Under the pieces are notes generated by a model, which searched no databases, had not been told where the DNA came from, and worked only from the letters and a program-made list of their open reading frames with translations. Shown here one piece after another: positions 32,420-41,664 of a DNA stretch of 64,000 bases. A program made the position numbers and the translations under genes. The stretch's first letter is position 1; each line of letters begins with the position of its first letter. Source of the stretch: an uncultured Chloroflexia bacterium (lineage in GTDB: Bacteria; Chloroflexota; Anaerolineae; Anaerolineales; RBG-16-64-43); assembly GCA_963780865.1 (NCBI GenBank), contig CAWADT010000006.1, positions 20,858-84,857 on the forward strand, read 5' to 3'.

Positions 32420-32917
32420 ATGTCGGACATCCCCCTGTATAAAATCTCGATCGCGGGCGATGAAGCCGTCGGGAAAACCTCCCTCATCCGGCGATATTGC
32501 GAGGGCAAGTTCGAAGAGTCGCGCGTCGCCACCATCGGCGTGGATTTCCAGACGAAGGTGGTCGAGCTGCCCTTGGGCGCGGTTAAGCTTTCCATCTGGG
32601 ATATGGCCGGGCAATCCCGCTTCGAAGTGGTGCGGACGGGGATGTACCGCGGCAGCCGCGCGACGGCGCTGGTGTTCGATCTTTCCAATCCGGCCACGCT
32701 CCAGCACCTCCCCGCTTGGCGCAACGAGGCGCAGACCAACGCGAAAGGCACAAAGCTCCTAGTGGTCGGCAACAAATTGGATCTGGCCGCGGAGCGCGGC
32801 GCCGGAAAAGCGTTCGCGGATACCATCGGCGCGGCCTACGTCGAAACCAGCGCGCAAACCGGCGAAGGCGTGGCGGAGCTGTTCACCGCGCTGGCCGCAC
32901 TGGCGGCGCAAGCATGA
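32420..32917 (+). CDS. Ras-superfamily small GTPase, Rab/Ras-like rather than MglA-like
   Basis: G1 GDEAVGKTS, switch I TIGVDF, G3 WDMAGQSRF, G4 GNKLD, G5 ETSAQ. 165 aa, no CAAX box. Confidence 0.85.
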   Translation: MSDIPLYKISIAGDEAVGKTSLIRRYCEGKFEESRVATIGVDFQTKVVELPLGAVKLSIWDMAGQSRFEVVRTGMYRGSRATALVFDLSNPATLQHLPAWRNEAQTNAKGTKLLVVGNKLDLAAERGAGKAFADTIGAAYVETSAQTGEGVAELFTALAALAAQA

Positions 32918-32963
32918 TCTGAACGCGCCCGGATTATTGCACCACCGGCTTTGCGGACGACTC

Positions 32964-33730
32964 ATGTGGACCGGACGAAGAATCCCCTACCTGTATAATA
33001 AATACCTTCGAGGAGTCCGTCTGGATAAATCGCCCATCTTCATTGTTGGATGCGGCCATAGCGGCACTTCCCTGATACATGCAATTCTGGATTCCCATTC
33101 GAGAATATTTGCCATTCCTCCCGAGACTCGCGTCGGATTTAGAAAAATCCCGAGCCTTGGTTCCGTACATTCGCCTTTGCGACCATTAGCGCCGGGAAAC
33201 GCCGCTGGGTGGAGAAAACTCCCAAGCATATCCATCGGATGGAATACCTTTGGCAATTGCTCCCGGATGCAAAATTCCTTCTCGTCCTGCGCGATGGGCG
33301 GGATGTAGCTTGTTCCATCCAAGAACGAACGGGAGATTTGGAGTCCGGGATCCGGCGATGGGTGACAGACAACCTGGCCGGGGAGAAATATTGGGGAAAT
33401 CCGCAGGTTTGCTTGGTCCGATACGAGTTGCTTATCCTTGAATTCGAGAATACCATTGCCCGCATTCTGGATTTTCTCGGAGAGGAATATGAGGTTGGAT
33501 TAAAAGAATATTACCGCAAGCCCCGATTATTCTATGCGGATGTCATTGAAAAACCGGCCGGTATTTTTGGGGATAACCATGCTCAATACCGCAATTGGCA
33601 GATTAATCAACCGCTCTTCGATGGCCGTGGAAAATGGATGCGGATGACCGGAGAAGAGAAGCGTGTTTTCAAAGTATTGGCCGGCGAATTGCTGGAAAGA
33701 TACGGCTATGCCGACGGGATGGATTGGTGA
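32964..33730 (+). CDS. sulfotransferase; one frame break in an A5 run
   Basis: PIFIVGCGHSGTSLI (PSB loop) lies in ORF 32937-33308. WVEKTPKHIHRMEYL...FLLVLRDGRDVACS lies in ORF 33209-33730. The join is at AAAAA 33143-33147. Confidence 0.7.
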
Positions 33731-34158
33731 TTTTTCCTCGGTCCGTTATCCGCGCATTGCCGATTCGCAAAAGTCTTTTCTCCCGTCTCCCCTTTTTCGG
33801 GAAAAGATCGCCTTTGCCGAAAATCGCTGAGATATGATTGATGAAATGTATCGGCTCAGGCATAAACAATTTGTACGCGGATTTCTCGGAGAGCCGGATT
33901 TCCCGGAGGAATAGAAAAAGTATTATTCTCCCCTCATCTTGGAATTATCCGTAAAATCCGGAGAATCCGCGCAATCCGCGTACTGTTGATTTGAGATACA
34001 GGAAGTGCCCGAGTAGATACGATGAAATCATCCGAAAGGAAAAATATTTTCGGGCGATCTTCGGGTAGAATTAGCAGGGACAATTCCTGAAGCGGAGTTG
34101 GGGACGATGGGATTGGCATCGATTCGAATCCTGCGGGAGGAAGGCGCGAGGCTCCGGA

Positions 34159-34887
34159 ATGTCTTGGAACAGATGGTTCGGTGGGAAGAACGATAACCCG
34201 TCGCTGCCGCAAAACCGGAAAAGCATTCGGGTCCGCCCGATTCACGGTTGCGATGTTTTTCTGGATATTAACCATCGTCTTCCCGGGCTATCCATGGAGA
34301 CGATCTTTGATGTTGGTGCAAACATCGGACAATCGGCTCAGGAATACCGGCGCCGCTTTCCAGCGGCCGATCTGTACTGCTTCGAACCGGTGCCTTCCAC
34401 GTTTCAAGAGCTTTGCAAGAATCTGGAGGTATCGGATAAAACTCACGCCTTTCCACTGGCTTTTGGTTCCAAGCCGGGGCGCGTCGGCGTCGTCCTCCAA
34501 TCCCATTCTTCCATTAATTCCTTGCTGAATACAGTGGAGCCACCGTTCCCGGAAGGAATCCAGGCGGAAATCGTTGATGTCGACACGATGGATAATTTCT
34601 GCCGCATCCACGAGATCTCGCAGATGGATTATCTGAAAATCGACACCGAAGGCTATGATTTGGAAGTATTAAAGGGAGCGGAGGACCTGTTGCAACGGCG
34701 ATGTGTGACGTTCATTCAGGTCGAAGCCGGAATGAACCCGTACAACCAAAAACATGTCCCCCTGAAAATCCTCCAGGATTTCCTGGAGGCGCATCACTAT
34801 GTGTTGTTCGGCCTGTATGACCAAACGTTTGAATGGCGCGGCGAGGCCAGGTTGCGCTTCCTCAACGCCGTTTTCATCCTTTCCTAA
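34159..34887 (+). CDS. FkbM family methyltransferase
   Basis: IFDVGANIGQSAQEY ... YCFEPVPSTF ... MDYLKIDTEGYDLEVLKGA. Confidence 0.8.
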   Translation: MSWNRWFGGKNDNPSLPQNRKSIRVRPIHGCDVFLDINHRLPGLSMETIFDVGANIGQSAQEYRRRFPAADLYCFEPVPSTFQELCKNLEVSDKTHAFPLAFGSKPGRVGVVLQSHSSINSLLNTVEPPFPEGIQAEIVDVDTMDNFCRIHEISQMDYLKIDTEGYDLEVLKGAEDLLQRRCVTFIQVEAGMNPYNQKHVPLKILQDFLEAHHYVLFGLYDQTFEWRGEARLRFLNAVFILS

Positions 34888-34952
34888 TTTCCCGGCGGGA
34901 GGAGCGCTGCGTACGGCCAGCGGCGGGTTCTCTCCGGAAAAAGGAAATATCC

Positions 34953-35729
34953 ATGAAGCAAACTCCCGCATTTTATTTCGACATTCTGGAATTGCTTTCC
35001 CGCGGACGGTGTCCGGCGTGCGAGCTCACGCGCAGCAAAGCGATGCATTACATCGACCACGCCCTGTACGGGCTGGTGACCGACCCGCACGCGCAAAATT
35101 TGTTCGCCGACACCGGCGGGTACTGCCGCCGGCACGGCGAGATGCTGCTGAAAATCCCCTGGGGCTCGGCGCTGGGCGTGGCCATTCTCTATAACCGCCT
35201 GATCGAAGACGCGGCCGAGGAATTAAAAACCCAGCAGAACGAATCCGCCGCCGGAGAAAAGCGCGGCGCTCCCGCGTTGAGGTTGTTCCCGGCCAAAAGC
35301 CGCCGAAAGCCTCTCGTACGCGGCGATAACCCGGATTGTCTGGCCTGTAAAGTGGAGCGCGAGACCGAAGACGGCGTATTGCACACGCTGGTCGAATCCA
35401 TGCGCGCTGGGGACGAGCGCATGCTCGCGGCGGTGGGCGGCTCGGAGGGATTCTGCCTGTACCATCTGGACCGGATGCTGAAAGATCCGCTGCCCGGGAA
35501 AGTGGAAACGGCGTTGCGGCGCCATGGGTTGCGGCGGGCCGAGCAGTTGCTTGCCGAGTTGAAGGAATTCATGCGAAAGAGCGATTACCGGTTCACGGGG
35601 GAGCCGATGGGAGCGGAGGGCGACAGCTGGACGCGGGCGGTCGCGTGGGTGACGGGAGTGGGCATGGAGAAGGATGAACCCGGATCGCATCCGGGGGATT
35701 TAAAAAGGCAGATGCGGGGGGAAGGGTAG
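34953..35729 (+). CDS. Cys-rich hypothetical protein with two CPxC...C-x2-H units (resembles the DUF6062-type pattern, from memory)
   Basis: Start at ATG 34953 (MKQTPAFYFDILELL). CPACEL...GGYCRRH and CLACKV...EGFCLYH. Confidence 0.6.
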   Translation: MKQTPAFYFDILELLSRGRCPACELTRSKAMHYIDHALYGLVTDPHAQNLFADTGGYCRRHGEMLLKIPWGSALGVAILYNRLIEDAAEELKTQQNESAAGEKRGAPALRLFPAKSRRKPLVRGDNPDCLACKVERETEDGVLHTLVESMRAGDERMLAAVGGSEGFCLYHLDRMLKDPLPGKVETALRRHGLRRAEQLLAELKEFMRKSDYRFTGEPMGAEGDSWTRAVAWVTGVGMEKDEPGSHPGDLKRQMRGEG

Positions 35730-35984
35730 CCGGATGGTTTTTGACTTTCCGGCTCTTCTAAAATTCTAAATCCTTATCCAAGCGGAAAATAAGATTTTGT
35801 ACGCGGATGACCCTCGTCACGCTTCGCGCTCCGGGGGCAGGTACGGAAAAGATCCGATTACGCCGAGAAAACAGCCTCCAAAATTTTTTGGTAATTCTCC
35901 GTTAATCCGTAAAATCAGCGAAATCCGCGAACAAGGTTTTCCATTGAAATTCACCACCGATGCTCGGCGCGAACCCCTAATCAC

Positions 35985-36012
35985 TTGACGAAATTACGGA
36001 AACGTCTATAAT
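35985..36012 (+). promoter_or_regulatory. sigma-70-type promoter for the pyr cluster (TTGACG-N16-TATAAT)
   Basis: TTGACG at 35985-35990, TATAAT at 36007-36012, 140 nt upstream of pyrC. Confidence 0.5.
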
Positions 36013-36053
36013 TCGCGCGGCATGAAAAACAATCGAGCTTCGATCCTCCCCGG

Positions 36054-36132
36054 CGCCCGAATGGGGCTTACCCCCCATGAGGGCGTTTTGTTTTTTCCAG
36101 CCGTTTCCGAGAGCCGAAAGGCTCTCTTTTTT
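36054..36132 (+). terminator. two tandem terminator-like hairpins in the pyrC leader (candidate attenuator)
   Basis: Hairpin 1 at 36054-36085 (cgccc..tgggg/cccca..gggcg) followed by TTTTGTTTTTT. Hairpin 2 at 36109-36126 (GAGAGCC-GAAA-GGCTCTC) followed by T6. The ATG is at 36153. Confidence 0.5.
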
Positions 36133-36152
36133 ATACCGCAACCGGTGGCGCC

Positions 36153-37247
36153 ATGCTGACCCTTCCGGGATTGATCGACCCGCACGTGCACATGCGCGAA
36201 CCGGGGCAGACGCATAAGGAAGATTGGCAAAGCGGCACCGCCGCCGCGCTGGCCGGCGGGTTTACCTGCGTTCTGGCCATGCCCAATACCGATCCGCCGG
36301 CGACGGATTCGAAGTCGCTGGAGGACGCGGAGGAATTCGCGCGGAGGAAGGCCCTCTGCGATTACGGTCTCTTCCTGGGAGCCGGCGAAGACAACGCCGC
36401 CACCGCCTCCTCACTCGCGCCCAAAACCGCCGGTTTGAAAATGTACCTCGATAAAACTTTCGGCCCGTTGCGGCTGGCGGACCCCGGCGCGATCGCCGCC
36501 CACATGGCCAACTGGCCGAAAGCCAAGCCGATCGTGGTCCATGCCGAGGGGAGGCGGATCGCGTTGGCTATCCAAACGGCCGCCCGCCTCGGGCGCGGTG
36601 TGCACATCGCCCACGTCAGCCGCAAGAGTGAAATCCTGCTGATCAAGGCATCGAAGGAAAAAGGGCTCGCGGTTACCTGCGAGGTGACTCCCCACCATTT
36701 ATTTCTCACCAAGGAAGATATCCCGCGTCTCGGCGCGGGGCGCGGCGAGGTCCGCCCCAAACTCGCCACCAAGGCCGACCAGCAGGCGCTGTGGGAAAAC
36801 CTGGCGGTGATCGATTGTTTCGCAACAGATCACGCACCGCATACGGTCGCCGAGAAGGATGGAGAAAATCCGCCGCCCGGATTTCCCGGCCTCGAAACCG
36901 CGCTGCCGCTCCTGCTGGGCGCGGTGCGCGAGAAGCGGTTGACGCTCGAGGATTGTCTCCTGCGGATGGTCGACAACCCGCGGCGGATTTTCCATCTGCC
37001 CGAACAGGTGGCGACGCTGATCGAGGTGGACCTCGAAGCCCGGTGGACGATCCGCGGGCAGTACCTGCAATCCCGCTGCCTCTGGACTCCGTTCGAAGGG
37101 CTGCCCGTCCAGGGCAGGGTGGTCGAGGTTAACCTGCGAGGCAAGCTGGTCTATCAGGCGCCGGACATCCTCGCTCCGCCGGGGTACGGAAGAAATCTTT
37201 TCGGGTTGTCGCTCCCGCCCGAGCCGGTCAAACCGATCCCGATGTAA
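36153..37247 (+). CDS. pyrC: dihydroorotase
   Basis: [15 protein letters not shown] ... [17 protein letters not shown] ... FATDHAPH. Confidence 0.9.
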   Translation: MLTLPGLIDPHVHMREPGQTHKEDWQSGTAAALAGGFTCVLAMPNTDPPATDSKSLEDAEEFARRKALCDYGLFLGAGEDNAATASSLAPKTAGLKMYLDKTFGPLRLADPGAIAAHMANWPKAKPIVVHAEGRRIALAIQTAARLGRGVHIAHVSRKSEILLIKASKEKGLAVTCEVTPHHLFLTKEDIPRLGAGRGEVRPKLATKADQQALWENLAVIDCFATDHAPHTVAEKDGENPPPGFPGLETALPLLLGAVREKRLTLEDCLLRMVDNPRRIFHLPEQVATLIEVDLEARWTIRGQYLQSRCLWTPFEGLPVQGRVVEVNLRGKLVYQAPDILAPPGYGRNLFGLSLPPEPVKPIPM

Positions 37248-37312
37248 CCTCGCGGGACGCCATTCCCCGCCGCCCGAAGGACGGGCGCGGCGGAAATAGA
37301 AAGGATGCCACC

Positions 37313-38312
37313 ATGGCCACGTATGTTCCACCAACGCAACGCCGCGAAAAGAGCCCGCATCTTCCCTTCGGCGAAATGCGCCAGACGCCGTTTTACGGAA
37401 AAGACATTCTTTCCGTCTCGCAGTTCGACCGCGAAAAACTGGAATACGTCTTCGGCGTCGCCGAGGAGATGCGTTCGATGGTCGAGCACGTCGGCACCTT
37501 CGACCTGCTCAAGGGGAAAATTCTCGCCAACCTGTTCTATGAACCGTCTACCCGCACCTCGTCGTCCTTCATGGCGGCGATGCAGCGGTTGGGCGGAAGC
37601 GTGATCCCCATCAACGAAGTGCGATACTCCTCGGTGGCCAAGGGAGAATCCCTGCCCGATACGGTGCGCACGCTGGAATCGTACGCCGACGTGATCGTCA
37701 TCCGCCATCCGGAAGTGGGTTCCGCGGCGATCGCGGCGATGTACGCGCGCAAGCCCGTGATCAACGCCGGCGACGGCGTGGGCGAGCATCCCACCCAGGC
37801 GCTGCTGGACCTCTTCACCATCCGGGAGGAACTCGGCCGGACGGATGAGTTGACCGTGACGATGCTCGGCGACCTCAAATACGGCCGCACGGTGCATTCG
37901 CTCTCGCGGCTCCTGGCGCAGTTCCAGACGAAACTGCATTGCGTCTCGCCGGATATCCTGCGCATGCCGCCCGAGTTCGTGGCCGAATTGAAAATCCAGG
38001 GGATGTCCATCCAGGAGCACACGAACCTGGACGAGGTTCTGCCGGAAACCGACGTGCTCTACGTCACCCGCGTGCAGAAGGAGCGGTTCGAGGACCAGGC
38101 GGTGTATGAATCGGTCAAGGGCGCGTTTGTCGTCACGCCCGAAATCCTCAAGCTTGCCAAGGACCAAATGATCGTGATGCATCCGCTCCCGCGCGTGGGG
38201 GAGATCGCGATGGACTGTGGACGCCGATCCGCGCGCGGCCTACTTCCGCCAGATGGAATACGGGCTGTACATCCGCATGGCGCTCCTGGCGATGGTGCTG
38301 GGGAAAGCGTAG
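37313..38312 (+). CDS. pyrB: aspartate carbamoyltransferase catalytic subunit; one frame break near 38216
   Basis: [30 protein letters not shown]. After dropping one T in ATGGACTGTGGAC the C-terminus reads [32 protein letters not shown], with TAG at 38310-38312. Confidence 0.9.
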
Positions 38313-38313
38313 G

Positions 38314-38367
38314 GGACCATGGACCATGGACGATGGACCATGGTCGATGGCCCATCGTCGATGGTCT
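38314..38367. repeat. short tandem/dyad array built on ggaccatgg / cgatgg units
   Basis: ggaccatggaccatggacgatggaccatggtcgatggcccatcgtcgatggtc. A related array lies at 52641-52714. Confidence 0.55.
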
Positions 38368-38395
38368 TTCGTTCGAAAAGAAAGGGAACACTCCG

Positions 38396-39789
38396 ATGAC
38401 GAAATTCTCAAGCTTGCTGGATCAACGCGCCCGCAAGGTTCGTTCCCTGCTCTGCGTAGGCCTGGATCCGCATCCGGAACTCCTGGCCCAGCCGACGGCC
38501 AGTGCGGCGCTGGAATTCTGCCTGCGGATCATCCGCGAGACGTCCGATCTGGCGCTGGCGTTCAAGCCCAACAGCGCGTTCTTCGAGGCGTTCGGGCCGG
38601 AGGGGATCCGGGCGCTGCAGGAAGTGATCGGCGGCGTGCCGCGAAACTGGGTGTGCCGGTGATCCTCGACGCCAAGCGCGGGGACATCGGCGACACTTCC
38701 AAAGCGTACGCGCGCGCGGCGTTCGAAACGCTCGGCGCCGACGCGCTGACGGTCAATCCGTACCTGGGCGGCGATTCGGTCGCGCCGTTTCTGGAACAGG
38801 AGGAGCGCGGCGCGTTCATCCTTTGCCGCACCTCGAACCCCGGCGCGGCCGATCTGCAGCTGCGGCGCGTGGACGGCGTGCCGCAGTATGAGACGGTGGT
38901 CGCGCTGGCGCGGAAGTGGAACACGCGCGGCAACGTCGGTCTGGTGGTGGGCGCGACCGACCCGGCGGCGATCGCCCGCGTGCGCGCGCTCGCCCCGGAC
39001 CTGTGGCTGCTGGTGCCGGGCGTGGGCGCGCAGGGGGGCGACCTGCGCGCCGCGGTGGAGGCCGGAATGCGCGCGGACGGCCTGGGCGTGGCGGTGAACG
39101 TCTCGCGTTCGCTTGCCAAGGCGGCCAGCCCGCGCGCCGAAGCCGAGAAGCTCGTTGCCATAATGCGCGATGCGATGACGGCGACCCGTCCAAAATCGGA
39201 TCCGGTCGTGCCGGAGCATCTGGAGGTGGCGGAAATTCTCAGCGCGTCGGGTTGCGTCAAATTTGGCAATTTCACGCTGAAATCCGGAAAGCAATCGCCG
39301 ATCTACTTGGACCTGCGCCAGCTGGTGTCGCATCCGGAGCTGCTGGCCCGCGCGGCGGCGGTGTACGTCCCGCTCCTGCGCGAAATGAAATTCGACCGCA
39401 TCGCCGGGCTGCCCTACGCCGCGCTGCCGATCGCGACCGCCATCAGCCTGCAGACGGGCTGGCCGATGATCTACCCGCGCAAGGAAGCCAAGGACTACGG
39501 CACCAAGGCGCAGATCGAAGGAGCGTACAAGCCGGGCGAACGGATCGCGATGGTCGACGACGTGGTGACCACGGGAGGCGCCAAGCTGGAAGCGCTCGAA
39601 AAATTGCGCGGCGCGGGCCTGGTGGTGGAGGACCTGGCGGTGCTGGTCGACCGCGAAAGCGGCGGCGCGGACAGCCTGCGCGAGATGGGCGTGCGCCTGC
39701 GCGCCGCGGCGCGCCTCCGCGATCTACTCCCGATCTGGCAATCGCAGGGAAAACTCACCGCCGAGCAGGTGGCGCAGGTGATGGCCTAA
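38396..39789 (+). CDS. pyrF: bifunctional OMP decarboxylase (N-terminal, long type 2) / orotate phosphoribosyltransferase (C-terminal); one frame break
   Basis: [27 protein letters not shown] is in the frame of ORF 37313-38662. The protein then continues as [14 protein letters not shown]... in ORF 38326-39789, joined at about 38625-38650. The C-terminal half [19 protein letters not shown]...[14 protein letters not shown] is PyrE-like. Confidence 0.85.
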
Positions 39790-39973
39790 TACGCGTGGGT
39801 GGGATCGCAAAGCTCTATGGTCGTGGTCTATAGTAGATGCAGCCGGGATCGACGATCCCGGCTACGAGGAAAAACCAACCGACGCGGCCTAGAAGACGAG
39901 TCCCAGCTCGGAAAACACTGCGTAGTCTATCGCGGCGCAGAAAACTGCACCGGGAGTGGAATAACGAGTATTA

Positions 39974-40006
39974 AAACCGACGCGGTCTTTTAGACCGCGT
40001 CGGTTT
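39974..40006. terminator. bidirectional stem-loop aaaccgacgcggtc-tttta-gaccgcgtcggttt
   Basis: 14-bp perfect stem flanked by A and T runs, between convergent pyrF-E and the WXG100 gene. Confidence 0.6.
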
Positions 40007-40079
40007 GCATGTGCAAGGCTGTTTATTTAGAATCTAGAATTATCCGTGAAATCCGTGTTTTACCCGTGCCCCCCGTGAT

Positions 40080-40337
40080 TTATTTCTCCTGCTCTGCCGT
40101 CATCCTCCGCAGTTGGTCCGCGGATTTCTTCATCGCGGCGGTATGCAGGTCGACGCCCTTGCGCCAGTCGCCGTAGAAGCGGAAGAACGCTTTTTGCGCG
40201 TCGCCCTGCCATTTCGGCTCCACTTCCTTGACGGCTTTGGCGATTTTTTCCGCCGCGTTCTGGATTTGGGCGTTTGCTTCGTCAATTTCCTTAAGGAACT
40301 TGGTGATCTCTTCGGGATTGAAATCGATAACGGCCAT
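40080..40337 (-). CDS. WXG100 (ESAT-6-like) family protein
   Basis: 85 aa, two predicted helices with a central W-Q-G (EPKWQGDAQKAFFRFY). Confidence 0.8.
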   Translation of the reverse strand: MAVIDFNPEEITKFLKEIDEANAQIQNAAEKIAKAVKEVEPKWQGDAQKAFFRFYGDWRKGVDLHTAAMKKSADQLRRMTAEQEK

Positions 40338-40358
40338 GTTTACCTCGCGGCGGAAAAA

Positions 40359-40688
40359 TTAACCACTGCCTCTTTGATAAGCTTCCCAATCGGGATTGAC
40401 GTACTGCTCCCGGCGGGTAACCTTGATCGTGCGGAAATATTTTTCCTGCTTGATCAGATTTTCAAGCTGGGGGATGATTTTCCTTTTATGAGGATCGATC
40501 TCGGAGATAAAAGAATCCTTCCGGTGCCCCTCCCAGTTGAAATCCAAAAACTTGGCGGAGGATTCCACCCTGTCCTTTTCCATGGTTAATAGGTGGATCT
40601 GCGCGAGAATTTTATCCGCCAGGCGGTCAGCCTCGGGCGGATGGAAGAGGACATCACGATATAGGTATTGTGGAGGTATGGAAGCCAT
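40359..40688 (-). CDS. WXG-like small helical protein, probable partner of 40080-40337
   Basis: 109 aa. Central NWEGHRKDSF (W-x-G). Located 21 nt upstream of the WXG100 gene on the same strand. Confidence 0.55.
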   Translation of the reverse strand: MASIPPQYLYRDVLFHPPEADRLADKILAQIHLLTMEKDRVESSAKFLDFNWEGHRKDSFISEIDPHKRKIIPQLENLIKQEKYFRTIKVTRREQYVNPDWEAYQRGSG

Positions 40689-40799
40689 TGGTCCCCCAAA
40701 TACATAGTTGAAATGGATTATAAATCATGATATTATCAATGTCAATAGATCACCGGCAAGTTTATAGAATTATTTTCAGAACGACAAAGAGGGGACATT

Positions 40800-41630
40800 A
40801 TGGCGCGCATCCGGGTCGATACAGACGATCTTAAAGCCAAAGCCAAGGATTTCGAAACGGCCGCCAATGCATTTAACAAGGCAGGCGATGAGATCGCCGC
40901 CGCCGCGATGGGGATGCCGAGCTACGACGGCCAGCTTTCGGGCCCGGCCCGCGCGGCGGGATACGAAATCCAGCGCCAGAGCCGGGAAGTGCAGGCCCTC
41001 CTCGCTGGCGATGCGCAATCGCTGCAAAAGACGGCGCAGGCGTTTGAAGAGGCGAATAATCAGGCCATTGATGCATTTGGACAAAACCAAGAATTACTTG
41101 CCTCACATACCCCTGATAAGCTGCAAGGAATTGATATCGGAAATGCCTATCTTGGGTACCGGGATGATGGTCTGAGTGAGACAGTTATCCTATGTATGTA
41201 TGGCGTTTGCAATGTAATCCCGCGCAAGGGTAATGAATTGGTTATTGCAGACTTTGAGAAAAAGGTCGATGATTATGTGAAAGATGAGAAAACAATGTGG
41301 GATGAATGGAATAAAACTGTAGAGGCGGCGGTTATCGCATCGGGTTTATTAATTGGATTAACAATCATTACGGGAGGAACTGCTGCATTCGTCGCCGCAG
41401 GTTTGGGGGCGGCAGGTTCCATAGGTGGTGAAATCCTTGAATCGAAGGCCTGTAAAGATGCTCAGACAGATATGGCGAAGGATACTTATGGTGCAGCCTA
41501 TTACTGGAACATAATGTTTGGAAGCAAGGGTCTTGGACCGTGTACCACAGGGGATGATATTCAGGATCCAGTTGATCTTTGGAAACGGCAAAATCAAGAT
41601 ATTTATGATCCAACGGCACCTTGCACTTAA
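40800..41630 (+). CDS. polymorphic-toxin-like protein: WXG100/LXG-like helical N-domain plus an AT-rich C-terminal domain with a glycine-zipper membrane segment
   Basis: N-terminal 90 aa form a helix-turn-helix hairpin (RVDTDDLKAKAKDFETAANAF...SYDGQLSGP...LQKTAQAFEEAN). The C-terminal part carries AAVIASGLLIGLTIITGGTAAFVAAGLGAAGSIGG. RBS AGAGGGGA precedes the ATG. Confidence 0.65.
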   Translation: MARIRVDTDDLKAKAKDFETAANAFNKAGDEIAAAAMGMPSYDGQLSGPARAAGYEIQRQSREVQALLAGDAQSLQKTAQAFEEANNQAIDAFGQNQELLASHTPDKLQGIDIGNAYLGYRDDGLSETVILCMYGVCNVIPRKGNELVIADFEKKVDDYVKDEKTMWDEWNKTVEAAVIASGLLIGLTIITGGTAAFVAAGLGAAGSIGGEILESKACKDAQTDMAKDTYGAAYYWNIMFGSKGLGPCTTGDDIQDPVDLWKRQNQDIYDPTAPCT

Positions 41631-41664
41631 GAACCGTGCAATCGAATGAGATAGAGAGGTATTT

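Noticed and set aside
34167-34179. Second LexA-like box, GAAC-agatg-GTTC.
   Set aside because: The spacer is 5 nt rather than 4. The site also lies inside the first codons of the FkbM methyltransferase CDS rather than in a promoter.
36097-36126. Firm call of a PyrR-binding RNA element.
   Set aside because: UCCGAGAGCC only approximates the remembered PyrR loop consensus. It also lies within the terminator stem itself rather than in an anti-antiterminator, so it is kept as a possibility only.
38314-38367. Possible CRISPR array, given the short repeated units here and at 52641-52714.
   Set aside because: The units are 8-13 nt, overlapping and without unique spacers. No cas genes are in the window.
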